Shown piece by piece: positions 18,255 through 28,473 of a stretch of 64,000 nt of DNA; within the stretch, counting starts at the first letter, position 1; each line of letters opens with the position of its first letter. The translations under genes and the position numbers were made by a program. This DNA comes from an uncultured Chloroflexia bacterium (lineage in GTDB: Bacteria; Chloroflexota; Limnocylindria; Limnocylindrales; CSP1-4): contig CAVORL010000006.1 in NCBI GenBank assembly GCA_963698595.1, forward strand, positions 968,900 to 1,032,899, written 5' to 3'. The notes under the pieces are model-generated. The model made no database searches. It was not told the DNA's origin and saw only the letters and a list, made by a program, of their open reading frames with translations.

Positions 18255-18401
18255 GCGAGGGCGCCGCCGCCGTGGGCGGGGGGCGCTGGGCGGCCGGAGC
18301 CGCGCCGGTCGGAAGGATAGCACGGCCCCCATCGGACCCGCCGCGACGCCGGGCGCGCCGGGGCGCTCGCCACGCCGCTCCTCGATGCCATACTCCGGCA
18401 G

Positions 18402-19274
18402 GTGAGCCTCATCGCCGCGGCCGACCTTGCCGCGACTCTCCACGACCCCGACCTGCGGATCGCCGACGTGCGCTGGTCGCTCGCCGACCCGGCTGCCGGA
18501 CGCGCGGCCTACGCAGACGTGCACCTGCCGGGTGCGATCTTCGTCGATCTCGACACGGTGCTGACCGCGGCAGCTGGGCCCGGGCGCCACCCGCTCCCCG
18601 ACCCGGCAGCCTTCATCGCAGCGCTGGACGCGCTCGGCATCGGGCGCGTCCACCGGGTCGTGGCCTACGATGACGCGGGCGGGACGGTCGCCGCACGACT
18701 GTGGTGGATGCTCGACGTGCTGGGCCACCCCGCCGTCGCAGTGCTGGACGGAGGGATCGAGGCCTGGCGGGACGCCGGCCTCCCGCTGACTGCCGACGTG
18801 CCGGCCTTCCCGGCTGCCGCCGCATGGACCGACGCGCCGGCCGCCTGGCCCCGAACGGTGTCCCGCGAGGAGCTGGTATCGCACCTTGGGCCGCGGACGA
18901 CGCTCCTGGACGCCCGGGCCCCCGAGCGCTACCGGGGCGAGATCGAGCCGATCGACCCGGTCGCCGGGCACATCCCGACGGCGATCAATGCCCCGACCGC
19001 GACCTTCCTGGGCGCCGACGGGCGCTTCCTCGACGCGCACGCGCTGCAGGAGCGGTTCGCGGAGCTCGGGGCGGGCCCCGGGCGCCCCGTGATCGTTGCC
19101 TGCGGGAGCGGGGTCAACGCCTGCCAGATCGCCCTGGCCCGCCGCGCGGCCGGCCTTCCCGATCCCCTCCTCTACCCGGGGTCGTACTCGGACTGGAGCC
19201 AATCCGGGATGCCGATCGCCACCGGCGTGGATCCGGGCGAGATGCCCCAGGACCTGGGCGCTCCCCGCCGCTGA
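18402..19274 (+). CDS. thiosulfate/3-mercaptopyruvate sulfurtransferase (tandem rhodanese)
   Basis: Two rhodanese domains. The active-site loop is VACGSGVNA, with ERYRGE and GHIPTAIN motifs. Confidence 0.85.
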   Translation: MSLIAAADLAATLHDPDLRIADVRWSLADPAAGRAAYADVHLPGAIFVDLDTVLTAAAGPGRHPLPDPAAFIAALDALGIGRVHRVVAYDDAGGTVAARLWWMLDVLGHPAVAVLDGGIEAWRDAGLPLTADVPAFPAAAAWTDAPAAWPRTVSREELVSHLGPRTTLLDARAPERYRGEIEPIDPVAGHIPTAINAPTATFLGADGRFLDAHALQERFAELGAGPGRPVIVACGSGVNACQIALARRAAGLPDPLLYPGSYSDWSQSGMPIATGVDPGEMPQDLGAPRR

Positions 19275-19384
19275 AGCATCGGGGCCGAAGGAGGCAGGCG
19301 GGCATTCCGGGGTGAATGGACGCACGATCCGGCCGTGGTTCAGGGGAGGCCGCGGCTGGGGTCGCCCCCGTCTGGGGGGCCGGG

Positions 19385-19894
19385 TCAGCCGGCGTGCACA
19401 CGCTCCAGCTCGGCGATGTCGAGCTTCTTCATCACGAGAAAGGCCTCCGTCACCCGGCGGGCCTTCTCCGGGTCGGGGTCGCCGAGCAGTCTCCCGAGCG
19501 CCGTGGGAACGACCTGCCACGAGAGACCGAACCGGTCCTTCAGCCAGCCACATTGCTGCGCGGCAGGGTCGCCGCCCGCCGAGAGCTTGTCCCAGTAGTG
19601 GTCGACCTCGGCCTGGGTCTCGCAGGAGATGACGAAGGAGACCGCCTCGGTGAAGCGGAACAGCGGCCCCCCGTTGAGCGCGGTGAAGCGCTGGCCGTCG
19701 AGCTCGAACGCCACGGTCATCACCGACCCGGGGGCGCCGCCCGTCACCTCCTGGCCGGCGTCGCCGTAGCGGCTGATGCTGACGATCCGTGAGCCCGGGA
19801 AGATCGAGGTGTAGAGCTTGGCCGCCTCCTCGGCTTGGTCGTCGAACCACAGGAAGGGCGTGATCGGGTGGGGTGCGCGGGGATGGGCGGCCAT
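19385..19894 (-). CDS. VOC/glyoxalase-fold protein (PhnB / 3-demethylubiquinone methyltransferase-like family)
   Basis: From ATG 19894. ITPFLWFDDQAEEAAKLYTSIF and CGWLKDRFGLSWQVVP are characteristic of this family. Confidence 0.75.
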   Translation of the reverse strand: MAAHPRAPHPITPFLWFDDQAEEAAKLYTSIFPGSRIVSISRYGDAGQEVTGGAPGSVMTVAFELDGQRFTALNGGPLFRFTEAVSFVISCETQAEVDHYWDKLSAGGDPAAQQCGWLKDRFGLSWQVVPTALGRLLGDPDPEKARRVTEAFLVMKKLDIAELERVHAG

Positions 19895-20191
19895 GAGAGC
19901 TCCTCGGTGCGTCGTGGTCCGGGAAGGATGCACGAGAGGCCTGCCTCGCGCCTCCGCGCGAGAAGCTGCATGGACGGCGCCGGGGGCGCCGGCTCGCTGC
20001 TCGCGCGATTGCCGTGCCGCCTCCTGCCACCGGGCACGGGCCTGCCGTGAGCCGACCCATGGCTCGCGCCGACGGGACGAACGGCCCCGGCAGCACGACC
20101 CGGCTACCCTGATGATGGGCCTGGTTGCGGATTCCGGTCCCCGTGGCCCGGTTCAGGTTGGGCACCGCGGCCCCGTGAAGTGTGAGGAGCC

Positions 20192-21226
20192 ATGGACCTC
20201 GGGCTCGTCGGCTGGATCACCGTGTTCGCCGTGGCCGCGACCGTGATCGTCGCGGCCGGGTACGTGCTGGCACGCGCCGGCGACACGATCGCCGAGGAGA
20301 CCGGCCTTGGGCGGATGACCGTCGGCCTGCTCCTCCTGGCCCTGGCGACGTCCCTCCCCGAGATCGCCACGGACGTCAGCGCCTCCCTTGCCGGCGCACC
20401 CGACCTGGCCGTCGGTGACCTGTTCGGGAGCAGCATGGCCAACATGGCAATCCTGGCGATCGTCGACCTCGTCGCCCGACGGCGGGTCTTCACGGTGACG
20501 GAGATGCGCCAGGCGCGCCTGGCCATCGGTGCCATCATGCTCACGGCGCTCGCGATCCTCGGGATCGTGGTGGCGAACCCCCTGCGCGTGGGGTGGATCG
20601 GTGCAGATACGATCCTGGTCGCCGGCGCCTACTTCGCCATGGTGGCATGGCTCCAGCGCGCCCCCGCCCACGTCCGGGGGACCGGCCCGACTCCCGGCAT
20701 CCCCGCCCCGGGGGTGGCCCGCGCAGCCGAACCCCGCACCCGCGACATGCGGCGCCTGTGGCGGGCCGTTGCGGCATTCGGCGCCGGGGCCGCGGTCGTC
20801 ACGGTCGCGGCGCCCGTCATCGCGATCGCGGGCAAGGAGCTCGCGGAGATTGCCGGGATCGGTCAGACTTTCGTCGGCGCCGCGCTTCTCGCCATCACGA
20901 CGTCGCTGCCGGAGCTGGCGGCGTCGTTGGCGGCTGTCCGCATCGGCGCCGTCGACCTCGCCGTTGGCAACCTCTTCGGGAGCAATGCGTTCAACATGAG
21001 CATCCTGGTTCTCGCCGACGCGGCCTACACGCCGGGCCCGATCCTGGGAGCCGTGAGCACCGCAGCCCTGGTGCCGGGACTGGGGGCAATCCTGCTGACG
21101 GGGCTTGGGCTCGCGGCAGTCCTCCACGGGACGGAGGCCCGCGTATGGCGCCTCGAGCCGGACGCCGTCCTCATCCTCGTCGCGTACGGTCTCCTCCTGG
21201 CGGCCACGGCCGTGGCTGTCGGGTGA
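20192..21226 (+). CDS. Ca2+/cation antiporter (CaCA family, YrbG-like)
   Basis: Two alpha-repeat regions (GLLLLALATSLPEIATD and GAALLAITTSLPELAAS) and about 10 TM helices. Confidence 0.85.
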   Translation: MDLGLVGWITVFAVAATVIVAAGYVLARAGDTIAEETGLGRMTVGLLLLALATSLPEIATDVSASLAGAPDLAVGDLFGSSMANMAILAIVDLVARRRVFTVTEMRQARLAIGAIMLTALAILGIVVANPLRVGWIGADTILVAGAYFAMVAWLQRAPAHVRGTGPTPGIPAPGVARAAEPRTRDMRRLWRAVAAFGAGAAVVTVAAPVIAIAGKELAEIAGIGQTFVGAALLAITTSLPELAASLAAVRIGAVDLAVGNLFGSNAFNMSILVLADAAYTPGPILGAVSTAALVPGLGAILLTGLGLAAVLHGTEARVWRLEPDAVLILVAYGLLLAATAVAVG

Positions 21227-23904
21227 CCAGCCAGGCCGCACCCACCAGGCCCTGGACGGTAGACGCCGCCGACGTCGCGGCCGCGCTTGGCACCGACCTC
21301 GAACGGGGCCTGGGTGCCGTCGAGGCCGCCGCCCGGCTCGAGCTCTACGGACGCAACGAGCTTGTCGAGCGCGGGAGGAAACCGACGTGGCGCCTCCTGG
21401 TCGAACAGTTCACCAACGCGATGATCGTGGTCCTCCTGGCAGCGGCGGTCATCACCGCCCTCCTCGGCGATCTCAAGGACACGATCGTGATCCTCGCCAT
21501 CGTCATGCTCAACGGGATTGTCGGCTTCATCCAGGAGTACCGTGCCGAGCAGGCGCTCGACGCCCTCAAGCGGATGACGAGCCCGACGGCGCGGGTCGTC
21601 CGAGACGGACAGACGGTCCTCGTCCCGGCCCCCGACGTCGTACCGGGCGATCTCGTACGGCTTGACGCAGGCGATGTCGTGACCGCGGACCTGCGCCTCG
21701 TCGAGGCGCGGGCGCTGCGCATCAACGAGGCCGCGCTGACGGGCGAGTCGGAGCCGGCTGAGAAGACCGTCGAGCCGCTTCCCGACGTGCCCGAGGGGAT
21801 CCTCGCCGACCAGCGCAACATCGCCTTCAACGGGACCGCCGTGGTGTACGGGCGCGGCCTCGGTGTCATCACCAGCACCGGGATGTCGACCGCCCTCGGG
21901 CACGTCGCCGAGCTGATCCAGGCCCACGCTGGCGGCCAGACTCCGCTCCAGCGCCGGCTCTCGTCCCTCGGCAAGGCGCTCGCGGTCCTGGCCTTGATCG
22001 TGTGCGCTCTCGTGTTCGCGGCGGGTGTCGCTCGCGGCGAATCCGTCGAGACGATGTTTCTCGTCGCCGTCAGCCTCGCGGTGGCCGCGATCCCGGAGGG
22101 CCTGCCCGCGGTCGTGACGGTGGCCCTTGCCCTCGGCGCCCGGCGGATGGCCCGCCGCAACTCCCTGGTGCGCAAGCTCCCGGCCGTCGAGACGCTCGGG
22201 TCGGTGACCGTCATCTGCTCCGACAAGACGGGGACGCTGACTGAGAACCGGATGCTCGTCGAGCGGGCCTGGACGCCTGCCGGCGCATTCGTCGTGGGCG
22301 GGAACGGCTACGAGCCGGAAGGCGCCATGACGCGCGACGCCGAGCCCGGGGCACTCGACGACGCGGCGGTGGCCGCGCTCGACCGCATGGCCCGGATCGC
22401 CGCGGCGTGCAACGACGCCACGCTTCGTGCCCCCGAACATGCGGGCGGAGCGTGGACCATCACGGGCGACCCGACGGAGGGGGCGCTCCTCGCCTTCGCC
22501 GGAAAGCGCGGCATCTTCGCCTCGGAGCTCCTTGCCCGGCACCCACGGACCGAGGAGCTGACGTTCGACTCCGCGCGGCGCCGGATGACCACCCTGCACG
22601 CGGGGGCCGAACGCACGTGGGTCGCCTGCAAAGGGGCGCTCGAGGCGCTCGCGCCGCTGCTCGTTCCCGAGGACCGACCGCTCCTCGCCACCGCCGAGGA
22701 CGCCGCGCGGCGGTACGCCGCCGAGGGCTACCGCGTCCTGGCGCTGGCCGAGCGGGAGATCAGCGCGATCCCCGAGGACCTCGAGACCGTCGAATCGAAC
22801 CTCCGGCTGACCGGGATCGTGGCGATGGCCGATCCACCGCGGGCCGCCTCGGCCGACGCGATCGCAGCCTGTCGCGCGGCCGGCGTGATCCCGATCATGA
22901 TCACCGGGGACCATGCCCTCACCGCCGCGGCAATCGCCCGCCGGATCGGGATCCTCCTTCCGGATGGCGAGGCGATCACCGGTGCCGAGCTCGATACCCT
23001 CGACGACGAGGCGTTTGCAGCGCGCGTCGAACGGATCGCCGTGTACGCACGAATGAATCCCGAGCAGAAGCTGCGCATCGTCAAGGCGTGGCGGGACCGG
23101 AGCGCGGTCGTGGCGATGACCGGCGACGGCGTGAATGATGCACCGGCGCTGCGCCTGGCCGACATCGGCGTCGCGATGGGGATCACCGGGACCGAGGTGA
23201 GCAAGGAAGCCGCGGACATGGTCCTGGCCGACGACGACTTCGCGACCATCGTCCACGCAGTGGAGGAAGGCCGCCGGATCTACGACAACATCCGGCGCTT
23301 CGTCCGCTACCTCCTCACGACGAACTCGGCAGAGGTCTGGGTCATGTTCCTGGCCCCCTTCCTCGGCCTCCCGATCCCGCTCCTCGCCGTCCAGATCCTG
23401 TGGATCAACCTCGTGACCGACGGGCTGCCGGCGCTCGCCCTCGGGGTCGAGCCGGTCGAGCGAGACGCGATGCGACGGCCCCCGCGCTCGCCGAAGGAGT
23501 CGATCCTCGGGCGCGGCCTGTGGCAGCACGCGATGTGGGTCGGGATCCTCATGGCGGCGGTCGTGCTCGGGATCCAGGCTGTCGCGATCGAGGCAGGCTG
23601 GCACTGGCAGACGATGGTCTTCACGACGCTCTCGCTCCTCCAGCTGGGCCATGCCCTCGCGATCCGCTCCGAGCGGACGAGCACCTTCACCCTGGGCCTC
23701 CGGACGAACCTGCCGCTCGCCCTCGCGGTCGGCGGGACCCTCGTGATCCAGCTCGCCCTGGTGTACGTCCCGGCGCTGCAGCCGATCTTCGTGACCGAGG
23801 CCCTGGGCGTCACGGAACTCGTCATCGTGGCTATTGCCTCGACGACGGCGTTCGTTGCCGTGGAGCTTGAGAAGGCGTTCTTCCGCCGGCGCGGCGCCCG
23901 CTGA
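21223..23904 (+). CDS. P-type ATPase, P2 (Ca2+-transporting) type
   Basis: GTG 21223 overlaps the antiporter stop (GTGA). Motifs are TGESEP, IPEGLP, ICSDKTGTLTENRM, MITGD and MTGDGVNDAPAL. Only the C-terminal 893 aa of ORF 20593..23904 are real. Confidence 0.9.
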   Translation: MTSQAAPTRPWTVDAADVAAALGTDLERGLGAVEAAARLELYGRNELVERGRKPTWRLLVEQFTNAMIVVLLAAAVITALLGDLKDTIVILAIVMLNGIVGFIQEYRAEQALDALKRMTSPTARVVRDGQTVLVPAPDVVPGDLVRLDAGDVVTADLRLVEARALRINEAALTGESEPAEKTVEPLPDVPEGILADQRNIAFNGTAVVYGRGLGVITSTGMSTALGHVAELIQAHAGGQTPLQRRLSSLGKALAVLALIVCALVFAAGVARGESVETMFLVAVSLAVAAIPEGLPAVVTVALALGARRMARRNSLVRKLPAVETLGSVTVICSDKTGTLTENRMLVERAWTPAGAFVVGGNGYEPEGAMTRDAEPGALDDAAVAALDRMARIAAACNDATLRAPEHAGGAWTITGDPTEGALLAFAGKRGIFASELLARHPRTEELTFDSARRRMTTLHAGAERTWVACKGALEALAPLLVPEDRPLLATAEDAARRYAAEGYRVLALAEREISAIPEDLETVESNLRLTGIVAMADPPRAASADAIAACRAAGVIPIMITGDHALTAAAIARRIGILLPDGEAITGAELDTLDDEAFAARVERIAVYARMNPEQKLRIVKAWRDRSAVVAMTGDGVNDAPALRLADIGVAMGITGTEVSKEAADMVLADDDFATIVHAVEEGRRIYDNIRRFVRYLLTTNSAEVWVMFLAPFLGLPIPLLAVQILWINLVTDGLPALALGVEPVERDAMRRPPRSPKESILGRGLWQHAMWVGILMAAVVLGIQAVAIEAGWHWQTMVFTTLSLLQLGHALAIRSERTSTFTLGLRTNLPLALAVGGTLVIQLALVYVPALQPIFVTEALGVTELVIVAIASTTAFVAVELEKAFFRRRGAR

Positions 23905-23944
23905 GAACCTGGCGGACCGCGGGGCGCACGCCCGCGCAGCGCCG

Positions 23945-25234
23945 TCAGAACATCGTCGCGCACCACGGGGTGCGGTCTGCCGCGAAGAGAACGTCTGCGC
24001 GCCGCAGGGCTCCGTGCGTCCGCTCCTCCAGCCGGCCGGCGACCGCCAGGTCCGACGGGCGATGGGCGCCGAGGTAGACAGCCGCCAGGTCCGAAGTGTC
24101 GAGGACGAGGTCCGGCGCCGCCTCGGTCAGCGTCACGGCGGCTTCCGCCGCCCCCTGGCCACCGCTCGTCGCCAGGCGCCAGCGCCCGACGTTCCAGGGG
24201 CAGAACGCGTCCGTCACCTCGAGAACGAGCTCGTCGGCCGTGCCGTAGCGCCGCGCCGCCATGGCCACCGGCAGGTCGACGAGCCGGACCCAAGCGCCGT
24301 CGCCGACGACGAGGCCGATGGCGCGCGGCTCGGCGAGCAGCTGCTGGAGTGGGTTCGGTACCGGGAGCCGGCCGGCGCGGACGGACCGCACGAGATCCAC
24401 CTCGAACAGGAAGCGCCACACGTCGCGCAGGGCCCGGGGGGTCAGGGTGACCGTCTCGTCCACCTCGAGCCTGCTCTTGGACCCGCGATGGTCCCACTCG
24501 CTGCGCACGCGGTACATGGCGTACCCCTCGGCCGCGCCGTCGGCCTCATAGAGGTAGCGCAGCTTGGGCCCGGCGCCTCGCCGGGCATACTCCGGGTCGG
24601 CGATCGGGCCGCTGCGCCACCAGGCGTCCGTGCGCGAGAGGGCCCCGGGCGTGACCCGGCGCATCGCGTCGTAGACGGGCGGGAAGGCGACGAGCGCCTC
24701 CTTCTCGGCCAGCAGCCGCAGGCGACCCTCGGGCGGGGCCGGGCGGGCGTACGCGGTCCGCGCCGGGTCCACTTCGAGGGTGCCGCTCTGGGTAGCCATC
24801 CCATAGCCGAAGCGCTGGTAGATTGCGCCCTCGGATGCCCACAGCACGGCCAGTGGCTCGCCGCGAGCCCGGATGTCGTCGAGCTGGTGGCGCATGAGGG
24901 CCCGCAGGATCCCACGGCGATGGTGGTCCGGACGGACTCCGACGGCCGTCACCCCCGCGGTGGCGGCCTCGCCGCCGGGCACGCTCATGCGGAACGTGTA
25001 GGCGCCGGCCGTTCCGAGTGGTTCGCCTCCGTCGGGGCCATCGAACGCCGAGACGAGGCGATCGGGCTCGATCGTCTGCAGCCACGCCTCCAGCTCCGGC
25101 GGCGTCAGCTCCTCCGAGAAGGCGGCCGCGAGCGGACCGAGGAAGCTGGCGACGTCGCCGGTGGCGGCAGTCCGGATGTCCCAGGCCGTGTCCCGGCCGG
25201 GCTCCGCGTGGGGCCGGCCCCGATCCGTGTCCAT
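23945..25234 (-). CDS. GNAT acetyltransferase, Eis-like (GNAT + SCP2-like C-terminus)
   Basis: The acetyl-CoA site VRPDHHRRGILRALM sits in a protein of about 430 aa with the Eis-type tripartite length. Start taken at ATG 25234; ORF-track start is 25276. Confidence 0.75.
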   Translation of the reverse strand: MDTDRGRPHAEPGRDTAWDIRTAATGDVASFLGPLAAAFSEELTPPELEAWLQTIEPDRLVSAFDGPDGGEPLGTAGAYTFRMSVPGGEAATAGVTAVGVRPDHHRRGILRALMRHQLDDIRARGEPLAVLWASEGAIYQRFGYGMATQSGTLEVDPARTAYARPAPPEGRLRLLAEKEALVAFPPVYDAMRRVTPGALSRTDAWWRSGPIADPEYARRGAGPKLRYLYEADGAAEGYAMYRVRSEWDHRGSKSRLEVDETVTLTPRALRDVWRFLFEVDLVRSVRAGRLPVPNPLQQLLAEPRAIGLVVGDGAWVRLVDLPVAMAARRYGTADELVLEVTDAFCPWNVGRWRLATSGGQGAAEAAVTLTEAAPDLVLDTSDLAAVYLGAHRPSDLAVAGRLEERTHGALRRADVLFAADRTPWCATMF

Positions 25235-25418
25235 GGCGCCATCGTGCCATGCCGCGCGGCGGCCGGCGAGGCGCACACGCCGGGGTACGACCCGAGCGGC
25301 TGCCGGCGGGTCGAAACCACCCGGCGCCGAACCGTCTGGGGCCTCATCGCCAGCTCCAGCTTGGCCCGCCTCGCTAGACTCGCAGGGTGACAGCCGCCTC
25401 GCAGCTCACGCCGCCCTG

Positions 25419-26849
25419 GTGACACAGCTTCGGGGTCGTCTCCCGGGCGACCGTCGCGTCAGGATCGAGCGCACGAAGCCGCAGCAGCTCAGCGTCGGCG
25501 CGCCCCGGCGCATGCGCCCCCCGCCACCACCCGGCCTCCTGCTCATCGCCGGGTTCGTCATCGCGATCGTTACCGGCACGGCGCTCCTGATGCTCCCGTT
25601 CGCCTCCTCCGACGGCACCTGGACCGATCCGCTGACCGCCCTGTTCACCGCGACGTCGGCCGTCTGCGTGACCGGTCTCGTCGTGGTCGACACCGCGACG
25701 CACTGGAGCGGGGCCGGCCAGGTCGTGATCCTGGCCCTCATCCAGGCGGGTGGGTTTGGCATCATGACCGGCTCCACGCTCCTCCTCTTCCTCGTCGTGC
25801 GGGGCCGGACCCGCCTGCGCGACCGGGTCCTCGTTCAGGAGTCGACCGGCACCCCGCAGCTCGGCGACGTCGTGGCCGTGGTGCGCCGGGTGGCCGTGTT
25901 CACGGTTGTCGCCGAGCTGGCCGGGGCGGCGATCCTCGCGCCGGCCTTCTATGTTGGCGCCGACGTGGGCAGCCCCCTCGATGCCGCCTGGTGGGGCCTG
26001 TTCCACGCGGTCTCGGCCTTCAACAACGCCGGGTTCGACCTCACCGGGGGGTTTCGGAGTCTCGCTCCATTCGCCGACGACTGGGTCGTCCTCGGCGTGA
26101 TCGGGACGCTCATCGTCGTGGGCGGCCTGGGCTTCGCGATCGTCGGCGACGCGGTCGTCAAGCGGCGGTGGTCGACCATGGGGCTCGAGACCAAGGTCGT
26201 CCTGCTGACGAGCGCCCTTCTGCTCGCCGTCGGGGCAGCGGGTATCGCCGCCTTCGAGTGGAACAACCCGGCCACGCTGGGCGCCCTCCCGGAACCGCAG
26301 CGTCTCCTCAACGCGACGTTCGAGTCGATCTCTCTCCGGACCGCCGGCTTCAGCTCCATGAACGTCAATGCCTACGTCGACGGCACGCTCCTCCTCGTCA
26401 TCGTCCTGATGTTCATCGGCGGGGCGTCCGGGTCCACGGCCGGTGGGATCAAGGTCAACACATTCAGCACGCTCTTCATCGTCATCGCCTCCCTGGCCCG
26501 CGGGAGGACCTCCGCGGAGGCATTCGGACGGCGGATCTCCCAGGCGGTCGTCTACCGAGCCATGGCCGTGGCGCTCCTCTCGGTCGCCTTCGTCTTCGTC
26601 GTGGCACTCAGCCTGACGATCCCTGGCGACCTGCGCTTCGTCGAGGTCCTCTTCGAGGCTGTGTCCGCCTTCGGCACGAACGGCACGACGACGGGGATCA
26701 CCCGCGAGCTCGGCGCCACGAGCCAGCTCATCGTCATCGTCACGATGTTCATCGGCCGTCTCGGGCCGCTGACCCTCGTCCTCGTCCTGGCCGCCCGGGC
26801 GCGGCCGTCCAGGTATCGCCCGGCAGCTGAGTCGATGCGCATCGGCTGA
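25419..26849 (+). CDS. trkH: TrkH/KtrB-family potassium transporter membrane subunit (start GTG 25419 or ATG 25512)
   Basis: LMLPFASS, TATSAVCVTGL, IQAGGFGIMT, FNNAGF and IGGASGSTAGGIK are repeated selectivity-filter-like P-loops of the Trk/Ktr family. Confidence 0.88.
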   Translation: MTQLRGRLPGDRRVRIERTKPQQLSVGAPRRMRPPPPPGLLLIAGFVIAIVTGTALLMLPFASSDGTWTDPLTALFTATSAVCVTGLVVVDTATHWSGAGQVVILALIQAGGFGIMTGSTLLLFLVVRGRTRLRDRVLVQESTGTPQLGDVVAVVRRVAVFTVVAELAGAAILAPAFYVGADVGSPLDAAWWGLFHAVSAFNNAGFDLTGGFRSLAPFADDWVVLGVIGTLIVVGGLGFAIVGDAVVKRRWSTMGLETKVVLLTSALLLAVGAAGIAAFEWNNPATLGALPEPQRLLNATFESISLRTAGFSSMNVNAYVDGTLLLVIVLMFIGGASGSTAGGIKVNTFSTLFIVIASLARGRTSAEAFGRRISQAVVYRAMAVALLSVAFVFVVALSLTIPGDLRFVEVLFEAVSAFGTNGTTTGITRELGATSQLIVIVTMFIGRLGPLTLVLVLAARARPSRYRPAAESMRIG

Positions 26850-26911
26850 CCCCGGCGGCGCGCCGTCGAGCGCGAGGCCCCCGGGAGCCGCCACCCCATC
26901 CAGGAGGCACC

Positions 26912-27559
26912 ATGAAGCACCAGGTCATCGTCGTCGGGCTCGGGAGGTTCGGATCCGCCGCCGCCCGCGAGCTTCACAAGGTCGGGCACGAGGTCCTTGC
27001 CGTCGACCGGGATGAGGCGACGGTCAACGACATCGCCCGGGATGTGACCCACGCCGTCCAGCTCGACGCGAGCGACGAGGCGGCCCTGGCTGCCGTCGGT
27101 GCGCGCGACTTCGGGGCCGCGATCATCGCCATCGGCTCCTCGGCGGAGGCCAGCATCTTCGCCACGATGGCCCTCAAGAAGCTGGGCGTGCCAATCGTCG
27201 TGGCCAAGGCTTCTTCCCCGCTCCACGGGGCAATCCTCGAACGGGTCGGGGCCGACCGCGTCGTCTACCCGGAACAGGAGACCGGGACCCGGGTGGCGCA
27301 CTCGTTCGCGATCCCGAACATCGTCGACTACTTCGACATCGCCCCGCACTTCGGCATCGAGCGAATCCGTCCGCCGCGGAGCTTCACGGGCCGGTCGCTC
27401 CGCGAGATCGACCTCCAGGGCCGCCTCAAGCTCACCCCGATCGCCCTGCGGCGGGGTAACAACGTGATCGTCAACCCGCACCATGACGAGCGCATCCACG
27501 AGACGGACGAGCTCATCCTCATCGGCCGCGACGACAACCTGGAGAAGCTCGCGGATTAG
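26912..27559 (+). CDS. trkA: Trk/Ktr system NAD-binding regulatory subunit (RCK N + C domains)
   Basis: The Rossmann motif VIVVGLGRFGSAAA is followed by a C-terminal TrkA_C domain. An AGGAGG RBS precedes ATG 26912. Confidence 0.9.
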   Translation: MKHQVIVVGLGRFGSAAARELHKVGHEVLAVDRDEATVNDIARDVTHAVQLDASDEAALAAVGARDFGAAIIAIGSSAEASIFATMALKKLGVPIVVAKASSPLHGAILERVGADRVVYPEQETGTRVAHSFAIPNIVDYFDIAPHFGIERIRPPRSFTGRSLREIDLQGRLKLTPIALRRGNNVIVNPHHDERIHETDELILIGRDDNLEKLAD

Positions 27560-27642
27560 GCGGGCGACGCACCGGACAAACGCGTGGACGCGCTCGGCAC
27601 CGGCCGCCAGGGGCGGCAGCCGCCGGAACGTGGGCGGGTCCG

Positions 27643-28416
27643 TCAGGTCGACGGGAGGAGCGTCACCTCGTCGCCGACCGCGATCGTGCCCGGCTCCTCC
27701 ACGTCGCCGTACACGCCGAAGTCGAGGGCCCCGTCTGCGCCGCGGCCACGATACCCGTCGATGACCTTCAGCACCTCGAGGTCGCGGGCGCCCGTGTCCG
27801 GGTGCTGCTGGGTGACCACGCAGCGCGGCACCGGGCCCTCGATCCGCGCGATCGCCGTCCCGACACGCACGAGTCGCCCGGTCCAGGTGTCCTCCTCGTG
27901 GGGCCCCGGGCCCTCGAGCTCCAGGAGCATCCGGAAGCGCCGGGGATCGACGGCGTCCCGCCCGGCATGCCGCGCCAGCTCGCGGACGGAGCCCGTCGAG
28001 ATGAAGGTCAGCGCGTGGTCGTCCGTGCCACCGCTGTCCTCCCCCGCGCGAACGAGATGGACGGGCTCGCCCAGAAAGGCCGAGAGTGGCGACGTCCAGG
28101 GCCCGTCCAGGACTCGACCGCCGGTCGGGCGTCCCCAGAAGTCCACGCTGATGGGCTCCCCGACCGTGACGGCGCTCCCGGCGGCGACGGACCCGTCGGG
28201 GAAGCGCAGCGCAAGCTGCTCCCGTTCGGGCTTGTAGACCGCCCTGACCTGCACGAGCTCGGGATGCCGCGACCCGTTGATCAGCCTGCCGTGCGCGTCC
28301 ACGAGGAAGAACCGACGGTTCTCCGCCACGCCGTGCGGGCCGACGTGGATCCGTCCGGGGTGATGGAGCGCCGTCGACTTCACCGGCGTGACGGAGAGAC
28401 GGGCGACTCGGAACAT
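27643..28416 (-). CDS. MOSC domain-containing protein
   Basis: A MOSC_N-like beta barrel is followed by a MOSC domain with the conserved Cys in GPVPRCVVT. Confidence 0.8.
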   Translation of the reverse strand: MFRVARLSVTPVKSTALHHPGRIHVGPHGVAENRRFFLVDAHGRLINGSRHPELVQVRAVYKPEREQLALRFPDGSVAAGSAVTVGEPISVDFWGRPTGGRVLDGPWTSPLSAFLGEPVHLVRAGEDSGGTDDHALTFISTGSVRELARHAGRDAVDPRRFRMLLELEGPGPHEEDTWTGRLVRVGTAIARIEGPVPRCVVTQQHPDTGARDLEVLKVIDGYRGRGADGALDFGVYGDVEEPGTIAVGDEVTLLPST

Positions 28417-28473
28417 GGCGCACTCCGCTCCGGCTCGGGCGACGTTGCCGACGCCGGCCAGGCGCGAAGACCC

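Noticed and set aside
25277-25418. Possible c-di-AMP (ydaO/kimA-type) riboswitch upstream of the potassium-uptake genes. The sequence contains CCGAACCGTC and GGGGTAC-like pieces.
   Set aside because: The conserved elements I remember (two pseudo-symmetric ACGGGGA-type cores and the CAGCUAACCUCGUAAGCG-like 3-prime segment) are absent. The resemblance is limited to a few short GC-rich words. It needs an Infernal scan before any claim.
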